A stretch of DNA of 64,000 nt from Candidatus Bathyarchaeota archaeon (GTDB lineage: Archaea; Thermoproteota; Bathyarchaeia; 40CM-2-53-6): the NCBI GenBank assembly GCA_005884195.1, contig VBBP01000044.1:27151-91150 (forward strand), in the 5' to 3' direction. This document shows, in pieces, positions 18,093 through 27,845 of this stretch. The notes under the pieces are model-generated. The model was given only the letters and a program-made list of their open reading frames with translations, did no database searches and was not told where the DNA came from. Positions within the stretch are counted from its first letter, which is position 1; every line of letters begins with the position of its first letter. A program made the position numbers and the translations under genes.

Positions 18093-18461
18093 ATGTTGTT
18101 GAAAGCTGCCAAGATTGCACCGGTCAGACCAGCCATATCTATCGATCTCTTGAACAAGATCGACATTAGAGTAGGCACCATCGAGCTCGTAGAGGACATT
18201 CCTAGTTCAGAGAAGCTGGTCAGGCTTATCGTGGATTTCGGGGACCACAAGAGACGGATACTTGCTGGTATGAAACGGGAACGCTCCAACCCCAAAGAAG
18301 TCGAGGGAAAACAGGCGTTGTTCGTGGTCAACCTGGAACCGAAACGGATCATGGGAGAAGTCTCCGAGGGTATGCTGTTCGACATCGGATACGCTGACGG
18401 GATCACACCAGTACTAGCAGTCCCTGAGAGGCCGGTCCCCAGCGGCACGAGAGCAGGCTAA
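18093..18461 (+). CDS. tRNA-binding domain protein (Trbp111/CsaA/MetRS C-terminal-domain-like OB fold)
   Basis: IDIRVGTIELVEDIPSSEKLVRLIVDFGDHKRRILAGMK...KQALFVVNLEPKRIMGEVSEGMLF matches the Myf/EMAP-II-like tRNA-binding domain (LRVG.I......P.adKL....VD.G...r.I.sG......gk.v.vv.NL.P.k..G..S.GMl). Confidence 0.75.
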   Translation: MLLKAAKIAPVRPAISIDLLNKIDIRVGTIELVEDIPSSEKLVRLIVDFGDHKRRILAGMKRERSNPKEVEGKQALFVVNLEPKRIMGEVSEGMLFDIGYADGITPVLAVPERPVPSGTRAG

Positions 18462-18725
18462 TCACAGCAACACAACACCGAGCGGCAAGGACAACCGCCC
18501 ACGCAGCCTTTTTTCTCTAAGAGAAAGTAATGGCGCAGCGACTGGCTAGCTTCAGCCTAGTAGCCTCTCATCCGTTCATCGTCGGGCCTCTCTCTGTGGT
18601 TCAGATACGATCAACACGCGTTCTCAACAAGGAAGCACCTGCTCCCGGCAACTACGACCTGATCCCCGGGTATCAACTGGGTACGCCAACCAAATGTAAA
18701 TAGTTGAACCAACCAATAATACGAC

Positions 18726-19013
18726 TTGAGAAACATGGCCCCGCGTAGACAGCGCCTGAGCGATACGATCTCTCCCGAACTGCTACGGGAGGCTCGGACC
18801 AGACAACGAGACGAGAAATGGCTTAGCTCAGCCTCCACCCCTATCTTGCGAAGATATCATGGAAAGTACGTGGCTGTAAAGAACAGGAAGATACTAGCCT
18901 CCAGTCTCACCATGAACGGCTTGTACGAAAAGATCGACAAACTCAACCCTGGAATGGTCCTAATAACGAAGATCGAGAAGCCCTCGCTTCTGGTATATGT
19001 CGAGCTTCACTAA
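18726..19013 (+). CDS. hypothetical small protein (DUF5678-like?)
   Basis: 95 aa. GKYVAVKNRKILASS...LYEKIDKLNPGMVLITKI resembles small archaeal proteins of unknown function. Directly upstream of the retropepsin-like gene. Confidence 0.35.
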   Translation: MRNMAPRRQRLSDTISPELLREARTRQRDEKWLSSASTPILRRYHGKYVAVKNRKILASSLTMNGLYEKIDKLNPGMVLITKIEKPSLLVYVELH

Positions 19014-19072
19014 GAGCTGGATGAGGCAAAAGACTCACACCGGGACCACTTTTTCGTCCCACAGTAGATCTG

Positions 19073-19416
19073 GTGTTCAAAGAGGAGAAAAACTACAACC
19101 TTTACTCCTTCATCGTAGACAGCGGTAGAGACGTCTCGCTTGTCCCCGCCAAATGGCAGAACGCATCCCCCTCAACTGGGCAAGAGGCTCGAGAATAAGC
19201 CTGACAGGGATCTCTCCCAGACCAGAATGTTCGGTTGACGGTCGAATCCAAGAAGCAGCTGCATTCCTCCCCGATCTCGCACTCAATCTGACTCTACCAA
19301 TATGCTTCGCTGACGGCGAGGCACCATACCTGATTGGACGAGAAGGATTCTTCGACCGGTTCAGCATCACCCTCGACAAGAAGAAGCGACGAACCCTTTT
19401 CAGATCTACACGCTAG
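19073..19416 (+). pseudogene. retropepsin-like aspartic protease, apparently frameshifted
   Basis: Frame A (GTG 19073 to TAA about 19196) encodes MFKEEKNYNLYSFIVDSGRDVSLVPAKW with the D-S-G active-site motif. Frame B (ATG 19153 to 19416) encodes the typical C-terminal part ...PYLIGREGFFDRFSITLD. The two frames overlap around 19153-19196, which implies a +/-1 frameshift or indel error. Confidence 0.5.
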
Positions 19417-19428
19417 GACCTACAATGC

Positions 19429-19800
19429 TTGAACAAGATACTAGCTGGCGATCTAGACAGCGACCAGGTCACTTCTCTCGTCGAGTTCTTGACGGCCATG
19501 TCCAGTGGCCAATTGGTCTTGCGTGGTAAGAGTATCGAGGTCACCGGTCTCTCTAACAAAAGGGTCAAGTTCTTACTCCACAAATTCCTCCGCATCAACC
19601 ACTTGTCCGAGTACGGTGTTCTCGATACCGGTGGAACATTCGAGATAGTTCACATCAGACCAGATGCGAAACGGACAGAAGATGAGACACGGAAGAACCG
19701 GACGCCGTTCGTGCCCATACATCCTCCACCCACTGCGGTCGAGCCTTCCCTCGTCATCGAGTGGCAAGGAAAACCCCCCACGAAGAAGACACGCACCTAG
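19429..19800 (+). CDS. hypothetical protein
   Basis: 123-aa ORF. No motif. Confidence 0.35.
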   Translation: MNKILAGDLDSDQVTSLVEFLTAMSSGQLVLRGKSIEVTGLSNKRVKFLLHKFLRINHLSEYGVLDTGGTFEIVHIRPDAKRTEDETRKNRTPFVPIHPPPTAVEPSLVIEWQGKPPTKKTRT

Positions 19801-20057
19801 AAATGACATCAGCATGCCAGGTGCTCGCAGAGCTTTCTTTTTCAGTAACGAATGTAATTCCTAGTTGCTTTGGCCCAGGAAGTCCGCTGGAATGCCTTGC
19901 CTACGAGCCACTGGGGGGTCATACTAGATTATCTGTTCTGGGCGGAGCTCTCCTTCGGTATTCTCACACTGGCTCGTTGGATTCGTGCTCGCGGAACCTG
20001 ACGACTTCGCAACCACTCCGATAGTTCTAACTATTCCGTGTTCCCGTCACGGGTCAA

Positions 20058-21932
20058 ATGATTCCCACACCCGCCTCGAAACTGGCCAGCGACGCTATCA
20101 ATAGCCCGTCGAGCCCTACCAATCGTCCGTTGGACATCGACACGCTCTACTACACGCGTTCCATCTACGCTCTACGCTGGTCGGTTGACAACGAGCATCT
20201 CTATTTCGAGACAAACATTACCGGCCGATACAACATCTGGCGCGTCCCTAGCACCGGCGGCTGGCCCGTCCAGCTAACGGTCAACGAGGAGAAGACAGAT
20301 CTCGCAGATCCCAGCCCAGACGGCCTTCATCTTCTCTACTCTCAAGACTATCAGGGTGACGAGAAGCCCAACCTCTACCTCCTCGATCTAACAGAGTACC
20401 AGACCCGGAACATCACCAACACGAACAAGAGAGGCCATAGAGACATGAAATGGAGCCCTGACAGCCGCTCCCTCGTCTACGCGGCCGAGCGCGATATTCC
20501 CGGAACCTACCCAATCTTCCAACACGACCTCGCGACAGGAACAGTCAAGAAAATAATCAGCAGCGAGACAGGCGACTGCGAAGCCGTAGAATTCAGTCCT
20601 GACGGGAAAAAACTCGCTTTCTCCAGAACTAGAAACTACCAGTACAGCGGCGTCAGTGTCCACGATCTAGAAACGAGGAGCGAAACCATCCTCGCACCGA
20701 TAGATGATCGCGCTACCAATATCGTCGGCGGCTGGACGCGGGACAACAGACGCGTCTACGTTACCAGTAATGCTAACGATAAGGGAATGGAGGCTGTGGC
20801 TTTACTTGACATCAAGGAAAACGCGGAGTTTCAGTGGCTCACCCTTCAGGACTGGGATAGCCAGCTCGCAGACGTCAGCCCAACAGAAGACAAGTACGCA
20901 TACATCGTCAACGAGGCTGGGAATATCCATCTCTACATCCGCGATCTGAAAGGAGAGCAGGAAGAGATTCCGCCTGGCCATGGAGTCATCCGCGGCGCCC
21001 GGTTCTCTCCAGACGGCAAACAGCTCGCGATAATACATGGATCAGGAGATAGTCCCCATGAAATCTGGGTCTACGATCTCAAACAGCGCACCCTCAAACA
21101 AATCACATACTCGCTAGTCGGGGGATTAAACCAGGACAACTTCGTCCAACCCCACCTGATCGTCTATCCAGCCCAAGACCAGACCCCAATCTCGGGCTTC
21201 CTCTACGTCCCCGCCAACATCAAACCTGACCGATCACACCCGGCCATCGTCTATGTCCACGGCGGACCCCAGTGGCAACACTTCAACAGCTGGTATCCCA
21301 ACATCCAACACCTCACGAGTCTCGGATATCTCGTCATCGCCCCAAACTATCGCGGGTCAACCGGTTTTGGACGCGAATACATGGAATCCCTACGCAAAGA
21401 CGCTGGCAGAGGCGATCTCAACGACCTCGTCAGCGCAGTCGACTACCTCAAAACCACCGGTTATGTTGATCCAAAGAAGATCGCGATAATGGGTGGGTCC
21501 TGGGGAGGATACCTAACCCTGATGGGGTTGACGAAGACCCCTGAGATATGGGCAGCCGGCGTCAGCATCGTCCCCCTTGCCAACTGGTTCACAGCCCACA
21601 TGAACGAAGATCCCGTCCTCCAGAAGAATGATGAGTGGTTGATGGGAAACCCTGTCCAAGATCGCGAGCTATGGCACGACCGCTCACCACTATTCTTCGC
21701 GGACCGTATACGCGCGCCCCTCCTTTTACTCGCCGGCCAAAACGACATCCGATGCCCGGTAGAGGAAACACAACAGATGGCCGAAGCAGCACGGAAAAAC
21801 GGGGTAACAGTCGAGGTCAAGATCTACGAGAACGAGGGCCACGGGTTCGTCCGGCGTGAGAACGAGATAGACGCGTTCAAGCGAGCAGCAAGATTCCTAG
21901 ACACGCACGTCGGACAAAAGAGATCTGCCTGA
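20058..21932 (+). CDS. S9-family serine peptidase (prolyl oligopeptidase / acylaminoacyl-peptidase-like) with N-terminal beta-propeller
   Basis: 624 aa. The N-terminal repeats are beta-propeller-like. C-terminal HGGPQWQ, GGSWGGYLT (GxSxGG nucleophile elbow), and D and H in ...NDIRCP...GHGF. Confidence 0.85.
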   Translation: MIPTPASKLASDAINSPSSPTNRPLDIDTLYYTRSIYALRWSVDNEHLYFETNITGRYNIWRVPSTGGWPVQLTVNEEKTDLADPSPDGLHLLYSQDYQGDEKPNLYLLDLTEYQTRNITNTNKRGHRDMKWSPDSRSLVYAAERDIPGTYPIFQHDLATGTVKKIISSETGDCEAVEFSPDGKKLAFSRTRNYQYSGVSVHDLETRSETILAPIDDRATNIVGGWTRDNRRVYVTSNANDKGMEAVALLDIKENAEFQWLTLQDWDSQLADVSPTEDKYAYIVNEAGNIHLYIRDLKGEQEEIPPGHGVIRGARFSPDGKQLAIIHGSGDSPHEIWVYDLKQRTLKQITYSLVGGLNQDNFVQPHLIVYPAQDQTPISGFLYVPANIKPDRSHPAIVYVHGGPQWQHFNSWYPNIQHLTSLGYLVIAPNYRGSTGFGREYMESLRKDAGRGDLNDLVSAVDYLKTTGYVDPKKIAIMGGSWGGYLTLMGLTKTPEIWAAGVSIVPLANWFTAHMNEDPVLQKNDEWLMGNPVQDRELWHDRSPLFFADRIRAPLLLLAGQNDIRCPVEETQQMAEAARKNGVTVEVKIYENEGHGFVRRENEIDAFKRAARFLDTHVGQKRSA

Positions 21933-21953
21933 TATCGATTGCTCGAACCCGTC

Positions 21954-22241
21954 TTACCTGAATGGTATGGACAGCCATAGGTCTAGGGTCACGATAATCG
22001 CGCCGAACCCGATTAGAGTGTAATTCATCTGGTCCTTTCTGATGATTCGCGATCCAAGGACCCCGGCTACGGCGAGCATTAGACCAAACCAGGCCACTAG
22101 ATGAATCAGGAACCCAACAACTGTTGTTGCACCGCCAAGCCAGCGAGGAACAAATCCCACAATACCATTGTAAACCTCTAGAACTATCGCGCCTAGGATT
22201 ACCCCGATTAGAAACCAGCCAAGACGCCCGGTAGAGGCCAA
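21954..22241 (-). CDS. small membrane protein
   Basis: 95 aa, three hydrophobic helices. Confidence 0.4.
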   Translation of the reverse strand: MASTGRLGWFLIGVILGAIVLEVYNGIVGFVPRWLGGATTVVGFLIHLVAWFGLMLAVAGVLGSRIIRKDQMNYTLIGFGAIIVTLDLWLSIPFR

Positions 22242-22322
22242 GACGATTCGTGGTTCGCCAACGTGGTCCCGCCTGGTCTTTAATCAGATGTGACCCTAGT
22301 CGCCATTCCGCATTAGCTGCTT

Positions 22323-23498
22323 TCAGAGTGATCTTGGAAAGAACATGGGGAAGAACAAAGCTTGTGTTGCCGGGGTTGACGGGTAACTCGGTGCGACTCC
22401 GGCTCCTCTCGGCTTTCTTCGGAGGAGGAGGAAAGCAACCAGAGCCGCGACGACCGCGGCAATGCCAACTCCTCCGTAGAGGAGAGGCCCCGACAGGGTG
22501 CTTGCGGGTTGAGTCGGTACCGGGCCGGGGCTCACAGTAACGGCGAGTGGCGTGCTATGCTTTGAGTATCCTCCATTTCCCTCGACTATGATAGTATACG
22601 TTCCCGGGGAACCCCTGCACGAGAGCGTCGATGTATCCGGGCCTCCCATCGTGAGACTGTTTGGAGAAACCGAACAAGAGACTCCGCTGGTCGATGGGGT
22701 AGCTGATAGACTGACGGTTGCAGAGAAACCGTATAGCCGGTGGAGGGTTATGGTTGAATTGGCAGGAGTATTTCCTGTAGCATTGACCGTCGTAGGGTCT
22801 ACGCTGAGGTCAAAATCGGGCAAGTGAGCGGTCCCCCAGATATTATTGTCGACCATTCCTATCGCAAAATCCAGTTCTAGGATCCCGGTCACATTGGTTC
22901 TAAGGGAGGAGTTGATCTCGATGAGAAAACCAGAGGATTGGTCAAACGTAAAATTGAACGATTGCAAATACCCGACTCCCATGTAGGAGCCTGGAACCGT
23001 ATAATTGAGCAGGTTTACGTTTCTCAGAGAGCCCACGACCATCTCGCTTATCGTCTTGTTAAGGGTCGGAGCTGAGAGAGTATTCCAGATATGGTCATGA
23101 GCAGCGAGCCCCCCCGCGAGTACGAAAAAGTCGTTGGCGCCCAGAGAGAAAGCTGTAATGTTAGACGCACCCGTCTCGACATTCACAAGTCCTCCTACAT
23201 GTCCCCCGGTCCCGTTCTTGTATACCGAGATGAGCTGTAAAGTGACTGATGGACTGGAGACTCCAACTATCTGAATCGCGGCGTACGTGGTATCGTTCAG
23301 GCTAGTCTCGAACGACTGGCAGATTTGGGGGAGCGCGGACTGGCAGGAATACTTGAGAATCTTGTACTGGGCAAATTGTCCAGATTTAACCGAGGGGACG
23401 TATGGAAAGACCGCGCGAGTTGAAGGTAATACCGGAGAGAGAACTAGGGCAACAAGTGTGATGCAGAATACGACATTCGATAAATTAGATTTGCGCAC
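22323..23498 (-). CDS. cell-surface glycoprotein-like protein with signal peptide and C-terminal TM anchor
   Basis: N-terminal signal (ITLVALVLSPVLPS), many NxT/S sequons, and a C-terminal PGPVPTQPAS linker followed by GVGIAAVVAALVAFLLLRRKPR membrane anchor. Confidence 0.55.
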   Translation of the reverse strand: MRKSNLSNVVFCITLVALVLSPVLPSTRAVFPYVPSVKSGQFAQYKILKYSCQSALPQICQSFETSLNDTTYAAIQIVGVSSPSVTLQLISVYKNGTGGHVGGLVNVETGASNITAFSLGANDFFVLAGGLAAHDHIWNTLSAPTLNKTISEMVVGSLRNVNLLNYTVPGSYMGVGYLQSFNFTFDQSSGFLIEINSSLRTNVTGILELDFAIGMVDNNIWGTAHLPDFDLSVDPTTVNATGNTPANSTITLHRLYGFSATVSLSATPSTSGVSCSVSPNSLTMGGPDTSTLSCRGSPGTYTIIVEGNGGYSKHSTPLAVTVSPGPVPTQPASTLSGPLLYGGVGIAAVVAALVAFLLLRRKPRGAGVAPSYPSTPATQALFFPMFFPRSL

Positions 23499-23549
23499 GA
23501 GGTTCAGGGAAGAGTAAAGGAATTGGCTATTTAGACAGTACGCAAAGAT

Positions 23550-23783
23550 CTAGCTGTCTGGTTGGTCTAGTTCTGCTTCTTCAGCTTCTTCTTCGAGCAT
23601 CGAGAAGACGTCGTCTACTATCTCGAATAGCAATCGGGTCTCCTCATAATCTTCTGGCAGAGCGGCGGGGTTGACCTCTACTCGCCCATCTTTGTTTAGT
23701 ATGAATCTGGTCTTGAGTGTTGATTCGGCGAGCTTCTTGTTAGCTCTCTCCCACCATGTGCCCGATTTTTCAGACGCGTTCAA
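23550..23783 (-). CDS. hypothetical protein with acidic C-terminus
   Basis: 77-aa ORF. Confidence 0.3.
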   Translation of the reverse strand: MNASEKSGTWWERANKKLAESTLKTRFILNKDGRVEVNPAALPEDYEETRLLFEIVDDVFSMLEEEAEEAELDQPDS

Positions 23784-23866
23784 ATAGTAAACACTTCAGT
23801 GAGAGCGGTGTCGATTGACAGTAAGAAAAAGGTTTGGCGATGGCTCAACAGATCAAGGCTTTGGCT

Positions 23867-24469
23867 TTATGATCCCGCAAAGCTCTCAATTCTTGCCTCC
23901 AGCCCCTTTTTTATTGTAGGCCATTCCTCGGATATTATCGAGTAAAGCATCGAATCCCGGATAGAACCATCCGGTCTGATCCCGTGATTCCGCAGCCTTC
24001 CCTCAAACTTGGCCCCAAGCTTCATGATCGCCCGCTGCGAATGAACATTCTTGACGTCAGTTTCCAGCTGCACACGAATCGCACCCCAATCCTCGAAGGC
24101 ATGTTTCAAGAGAAGATACTTGCATTCCGGATTCACAACCGTTCCCTGAACATCGAGCGAGTACCAGGTCGAACCGATCTCAGCGATCTTCCGCTTGGGA
24201 GCGACCTCAAGATAGGATGTACTGCCCACCAATCTATTCCCCGCATTCAGAAAGACGGCGAACGCGTGCTCGGCCTTTCGCTCCTCCGCGTTCAACCTCT
24301 CCGTGATCCGTCGATCAACGTCCTCCCTCGACCGCAGCGCTCCAAGCATCCAACCCCAATCCATCCCTTTAGCAACTTCCCATAGAGCAGCCGCGTGGTT
24401 TGCTCGAAGAGGCTCCAGCCTCACGAATCTTCCATCAAGGGCGATTGGCCCGAGATCGCTGGTACTCAA
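23867..24469 (-). CDS. GNAT-family N-acetyltransferase (RimJ/RimL-like)
   Basis: 200 aa. Acetyl-CoA binding-like V..QRAIMKLGAKFEGRLRNH segment and overall RimL-like layout. Confidence 0.7.
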   Translation of the reverse strand: MSTSDLGPIALDGRFVRLEPLRANHAAALWEVAKGMDWGWMLGALRSREDVDRRITERLNAEERKAEHAFAVFLNAGNRLVGSTSYLEVAPKRKIAEIGSTWYSLDVQGTVVNPECKYLLLKHAFEDWGAIRVQLETDVKNVHSQRAIMKLGAKFEGRLRNHGIRPDGSIRDSMLYSIISEEWPTIKKGLEARIESFAGS

Positions 24470-24525
24470 GAGAACCAGACTCGATCAGTCCAAAGTGAGC
24501 TGGAATCAAGCAGATGCTGTGCGCA

Positions 24526-24855
24526 TCAGGTGGAGGTTGCCACTATTGGGCTTTCTGCGATGATCTCGTGAAGCTCAAGCTTGCTCGGGGCGGTGAACGC
24601 TTCCTTCGGCGGCGTATTCGCGTGTGCTTCCATGAACGCCTGGCTCTCAGTCCACTTATCGAAATCCTCTTTCGATCTCCAGTAAGTCATGACAACATAG
24701 TGATCGCCTTCCATCGGCCGCAGGACTTCAGTTTTGATGAATCCTGGAGATTGTGCAATGTGCCATTTTCGTTCCTTCCATCTCTTCTCGAAATTCTCTT
24801 CCCAGCCCTTCGCGACCGATATTCTGTTCGAGACGACCAAGACCATGGGGAGCAA
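24526..24855 (-). CDS. antibiotic-biosynthesis-monooxygenase (ABM) / Dabb ferredoxin-like fold domain protein
   Basis: 109 aa. FEKRWKER...GFIKTEVLRPMEGDHYVVMTYWRSKEDFDKWTESQAFMEAH matches the ABM domain pattern. Confidence 0.6.
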   Translation of the reverse strand: MLPMVLVVSNRISVAKGWEENFEKRWKERKWHIAQSPGFIKTEVLRPMEGDHYVVMTYWRSKEDFDKWTESQAFMEAHANTPPKEAFTAPSKLELHEIIAESPIVATST

Positions 24856-25017
24856 TGACAGTCGGTTTGTATTTTAGCAATACGGGCTAGACTTCTCTCC
24901 ATCTCGCCTTCTCAGCAACCAACAGCGAGAGACCCGAGACTGAGGGCAACGAGAACGGTCCAGGCCAGCGCCGAGCGGCGGAGAGGCTTAAGCGCAGGCG
25001 CTCTGACAAAAACTTGC

Positions 25018-25509
25018 ATGACAGCCGTTACATTGATCAAAGGGTATGGAAAATATGGGTGGGCCATACTCTTCGTCTTTTGGGCCCTCCACCTGGTCCT
25101 GTCTGCTCGCGACTTTCTGCCTAATCTGCAAGATGTATGCCTCGCGTGCGCTTCAGGCGCGCAAACCCCGATACAGGCCGTAACCGGTATTACTTGGGGC
25201 CGGCTGGTGTCCTCGAATCCCAAGTTCGCCAGTTTCCTAGCTTCCACTCTAGTCGATGACGGTATTTCCGGCGTTGGTCTCGCGGTCTTCGGAATGGTCG
25301 TTTCTCTGACCGGTTACAGGAAGGGCGAGAAATGGGCATGGTACGTTTCATGGTCTATGCCGATCGGAATACTAGCTGCTCAGCTCAACGTATACACACT
25401 CACGGGGTCAGTCATGGTGATCTATCTCGCTGCGGTGTTCACCATCATGTCCGTTCTAGCGCTTCTTCTTCCATACAGGCAATTCTTCCCGAGAAAGCCA
25501 CCCAGTTAA
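25018..25509 (+). CDS. membrane protein (hypothetical)
   Basis: 163 aa with 4-5 hydrophobic helices. Confidence 0.4.
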   Translation: MTAVTLIKGYGKYGWAILFVFWALHLVLSARDFLPNLQDVCLACASGAQTPIQAVTGITWGRLVSSNPKFASFLASTLVDDGISGVGLAVFGMVVSLTGYRKGEKWAWYVSWSMPIGILAAQLNVYTLTGSVMVIYLAAVFTIMSVLALLLPYRQFFPRKPPS

Positions 25510-26183
25510 TGGTGACTGCGACTCCGTCTTGGGACCCGATGGGAGTAGAGGGCTCTGATGCGTTGGACGAAGAATGTCGCGGCCCAGAGGTAGTATCGGA
25601 GGCTTGTACCGCTTACCTCGGTCCAGAACACCGGGAGAATTGATACGAAGAAGATCGCTGTGATAATTATCTCAGCGTTCCTTATCTGCCGATAGCTCCG
25701 GAGGAGGTCGGGTGCTAATAGCTTCTTCTCCTCTATAGTTAATACGTGAGTAAAGGCTGCGAGTATGGCCCAGATCCCACCTATGTCTAGAGCGTAAGCG
25801 GTTGATGCAATGTCCTGTGGAAGGGGAGCAACAATGCTGAAGCCGAAGGAGATCTGGTTGAACAGGTATGGTTCGATGGCGACGAGGAAGAGCATCGCTG
25901 TGTTTAGAGCGCGGGTCCTGCCTGTCTCAACAGGCAGCACCGACATGACTTCTGTATAGCGGAACCAGACGAAGATCAGGATTAGAAAGCTGAAGCCGAA
26001 CGTCGCAATGCTCCCGAATAGTATGGATGTGTCGGTTGGTTTACTCGTGATCAGATTCAATGCGCCAATCGATAGGGCGAGCCCGAAGATCAGATCCGAC
26101 AGCGACTGAATCCGTGGCCGAGGACGCTGAACCGTGTCCTGAGGTCGGCCCTTAGTCTCGGACAACTTTTTCCAACTTCCCAC
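25506..26183 (-). CDS. DUF1211/TMEM175-like membrane protein (putative K+ channel family)
   Basis: 225 aa, 6 TM. The N-terminal RIQSLSDLIFGLALSIGAL resembles the R..xFSDGvfAIaiTLL signature of DUF1211/TMEM175. Confidence 0.45.
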   Translation of the reverse strand: MGSWKKLSETKGRPQDTVQRPRPRIQSLSDLIFGLALSIGALNLITSKPTDTSILFGSIATFGFSFLILIFVWFRYTEVMSVLPVETGRTRALNTAMLFLVAIEPYLFNQISFGFSIVAPLPQDIASTAYALDIGGIWAILAAFTHVLTIEEKKLLAPDLLRSYRQIRNAEIIITAIFFVSILPVFWTEVSGTSLRYYLWAATFFVQRIRALYSHRVPRRSRSHH

Positions 26184-27123
26184 GAAGCCAGTTGATCTCG
26201 AACTGGTCGTCTGGAGCCGCGTCGATCTTAGCTTCTTTGAGTATGGATTGGGCGCGCTGCAATAGAATGCGGGACCGGTCCTTGTTTCCTCGAACGAATT
26301 CGAAGGCAGACCGGTAGAGGTGAGTCATCGCATTACCGTATGGATCATTCTCTGATCCGAGTCTCTCTGATTCGGCGAAGTAGCGTTCGCCTGAGTCGAT
26401 ATTTCCGGGATGGATCTCGACGAGGCCTAGATTTTGCAGCTCTGCCCTCACCATTCCTTGGTCGTTGATCTTCCGATTGAGGTCGAGGCTCTGCTCGAAC
26501 AAGGCCGCTGCGTGATCGTAGTCACCAGTCATCCGGGTTGCCTGGGCGTGAAGGAACAACGGCGCCTGTCCCATCGCCAGATCCAGGTTACGTGCGAACT
26601 CTCTGGATTTGACGGCAAGGGTGAGGGATTGGGCATAGTCGCCATCCTCAAACTCTAATCGGCTCAGCGCAAGGTATGCAAGTGTCAATGCTTCTCGATC
26701 ATTGACCGCGAGTGCTGCGTCTAGAGCTGCTCGGCTCCTTTGCCGTGATTCCTCAAGTTTCCCCTGCCTGAAAGCCAAGAGAGCGTCACCGTATGACGCA
26801 AGTGATCTGGCTCGAGCTTTCTTCTCGCCCGTGTCTAGCACGTCAGCGAGAAACGCTCGTCCACCGTCGAGGTCTCGCGCTACCGCCCAGAGCCGCCAGG
26901 CGTTTGAAGCGATCTCAGCCGCGCCGTCCTCGTCTCTGTTCTCCAATAAGACACGTGCTGCGTTCGCATAGGATTCTCGCTCCTCGACAGCTTGCTCAAC
27001 CCGCTGGCTCGTGGCGTGGCCTTTGATGATCGGAGTTCCTTGGGAAGAAGGGAACGCCCAGTTCAGTTCGCGGGATCCGGCGAGCAGTTGTCTTGCTTTC
27101 TCGTCGGTCATTTCTTGAAGCAT
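26152..27123 (-). CDS. TPR-repeat protein
   Basis: 323 aa of repeated 34-residue helical hairpins with the W-LG-Y/A-F-A-P pattern. Overlaps the downstream membrane gene by 32 nt. Confidence 0.65.
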   Translation of the reverse strand: MLQEMTDEKARQLLAGSRELNWAFPSSQGTPIIKGHATSQRVEQAVEERESYANAARVLLENRDEDGAAEIASNAWRLWAVARDLDGGRAFLADVLDTGEKKARARSLASYGDALLAFRQGKLEESRQRSRAALDAALAVNDREALTLAYLALSRLEFEDGDYAQSLTLAVKSREFARNLDLAMGQAPLFLHAQATRMTGDYDHAAALFEQSLDLNRKINDQGMVRAELQNLGLVEIHPGNIDSGERYFAESERLGSENDPYGNAMTHLYRSAFEFVRGNKDRSRILLQRAQSILKEAKIDAAPDDQFEINWLRGKLEKVVRD

Positions 27124-27163
27124 GTCGGCAGCTCCTATTTCGCGCCATAGTTGTTTGACTATC

Positions 27164-27769
27164 TTAGGCTTCTACTGAAACGTTGGCGATGCTGGACGAG
27201 AATTGTGATCTCAAGACTCCGTCGAGTTTGTCCGCCCACTGTCGCATGTATGTTCTCTCCAGCCTCTGAACCATGCCCTCCTCAACATACCGAGCCAATC
27301 TTCTCTGCTGGAACTTCACGTGCAAGACCTCGTGGATGAGGGTAGAAATCGCGGCCGTGGCTATTTCCCCGATAAGCTTCCTCTGCCCTAGAGATAGTTG
27401 GCTGAGAGAGTATGCAAAGAGTTCTGATCCTTCTCTTCGAATCCGGTCCTTGCTGATCCTTAACGGGTATAGGCTGATTTGCGCGAGAGTGTGACTGTAG
27501 CTTCCGTATAGTATTCTGGAAGGTTGTCGTCTCAATTGTTTTGCGGGGAAGATCATAACACGCAAGTCAATTGATCGATCTGAACGAATCCCTTCAGCGG
27601 CAACAAGCGCGCTTAACAGTTCTCTAATCTCCCCTGAAAGAATCAGTTTCAAGATGAAATTGGCATAGCTGAGAAAGAACGCTCGTTCGTAACCTGGAAA
27701 TTTAATGAGTACATATTCCGGAGGCTTGGCTAGCCGTGCTCTTATCCGGATTTGAGAAACAGAACTCAT
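27164..27769 (-). CDS. putative HExxH zinc metallopeptidase (ImmA/IrrE- or SprT-like, unresolved)
   Basis: 201 aa. Contains STLIHEVLHVKF (HExxH) with downstream Glu residues. Upstream gene of the TPR / TMEM175-like operon. Confidence 0.4.
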   Translation of the reverse strand: MSSVSQIRIRARLAKPPEYVLIKFPGYERAFFLSYANFILKLILSGEIRELLSALVAAEGIRSDRSIDLRVMIFPAKQLRRQPSRILYGSYSHTLAQISLYPLRISKDRIRREGSELFAYSLSQLSLGQRKLIGEIATAAISTLIHEVLHVKFQQRRLARYVEEGMVQRLERTYMRQWADKLDGVLRSQFSSSIANVSVEA

Positions 27770-27845
27770 GCTCTTCTAGTCTCGGTCAAAGGGTCTCTGA
27801 AATATCTAGTGCTGAAAGTAATGGTCCAAGATAGCCAGTTCTAGA

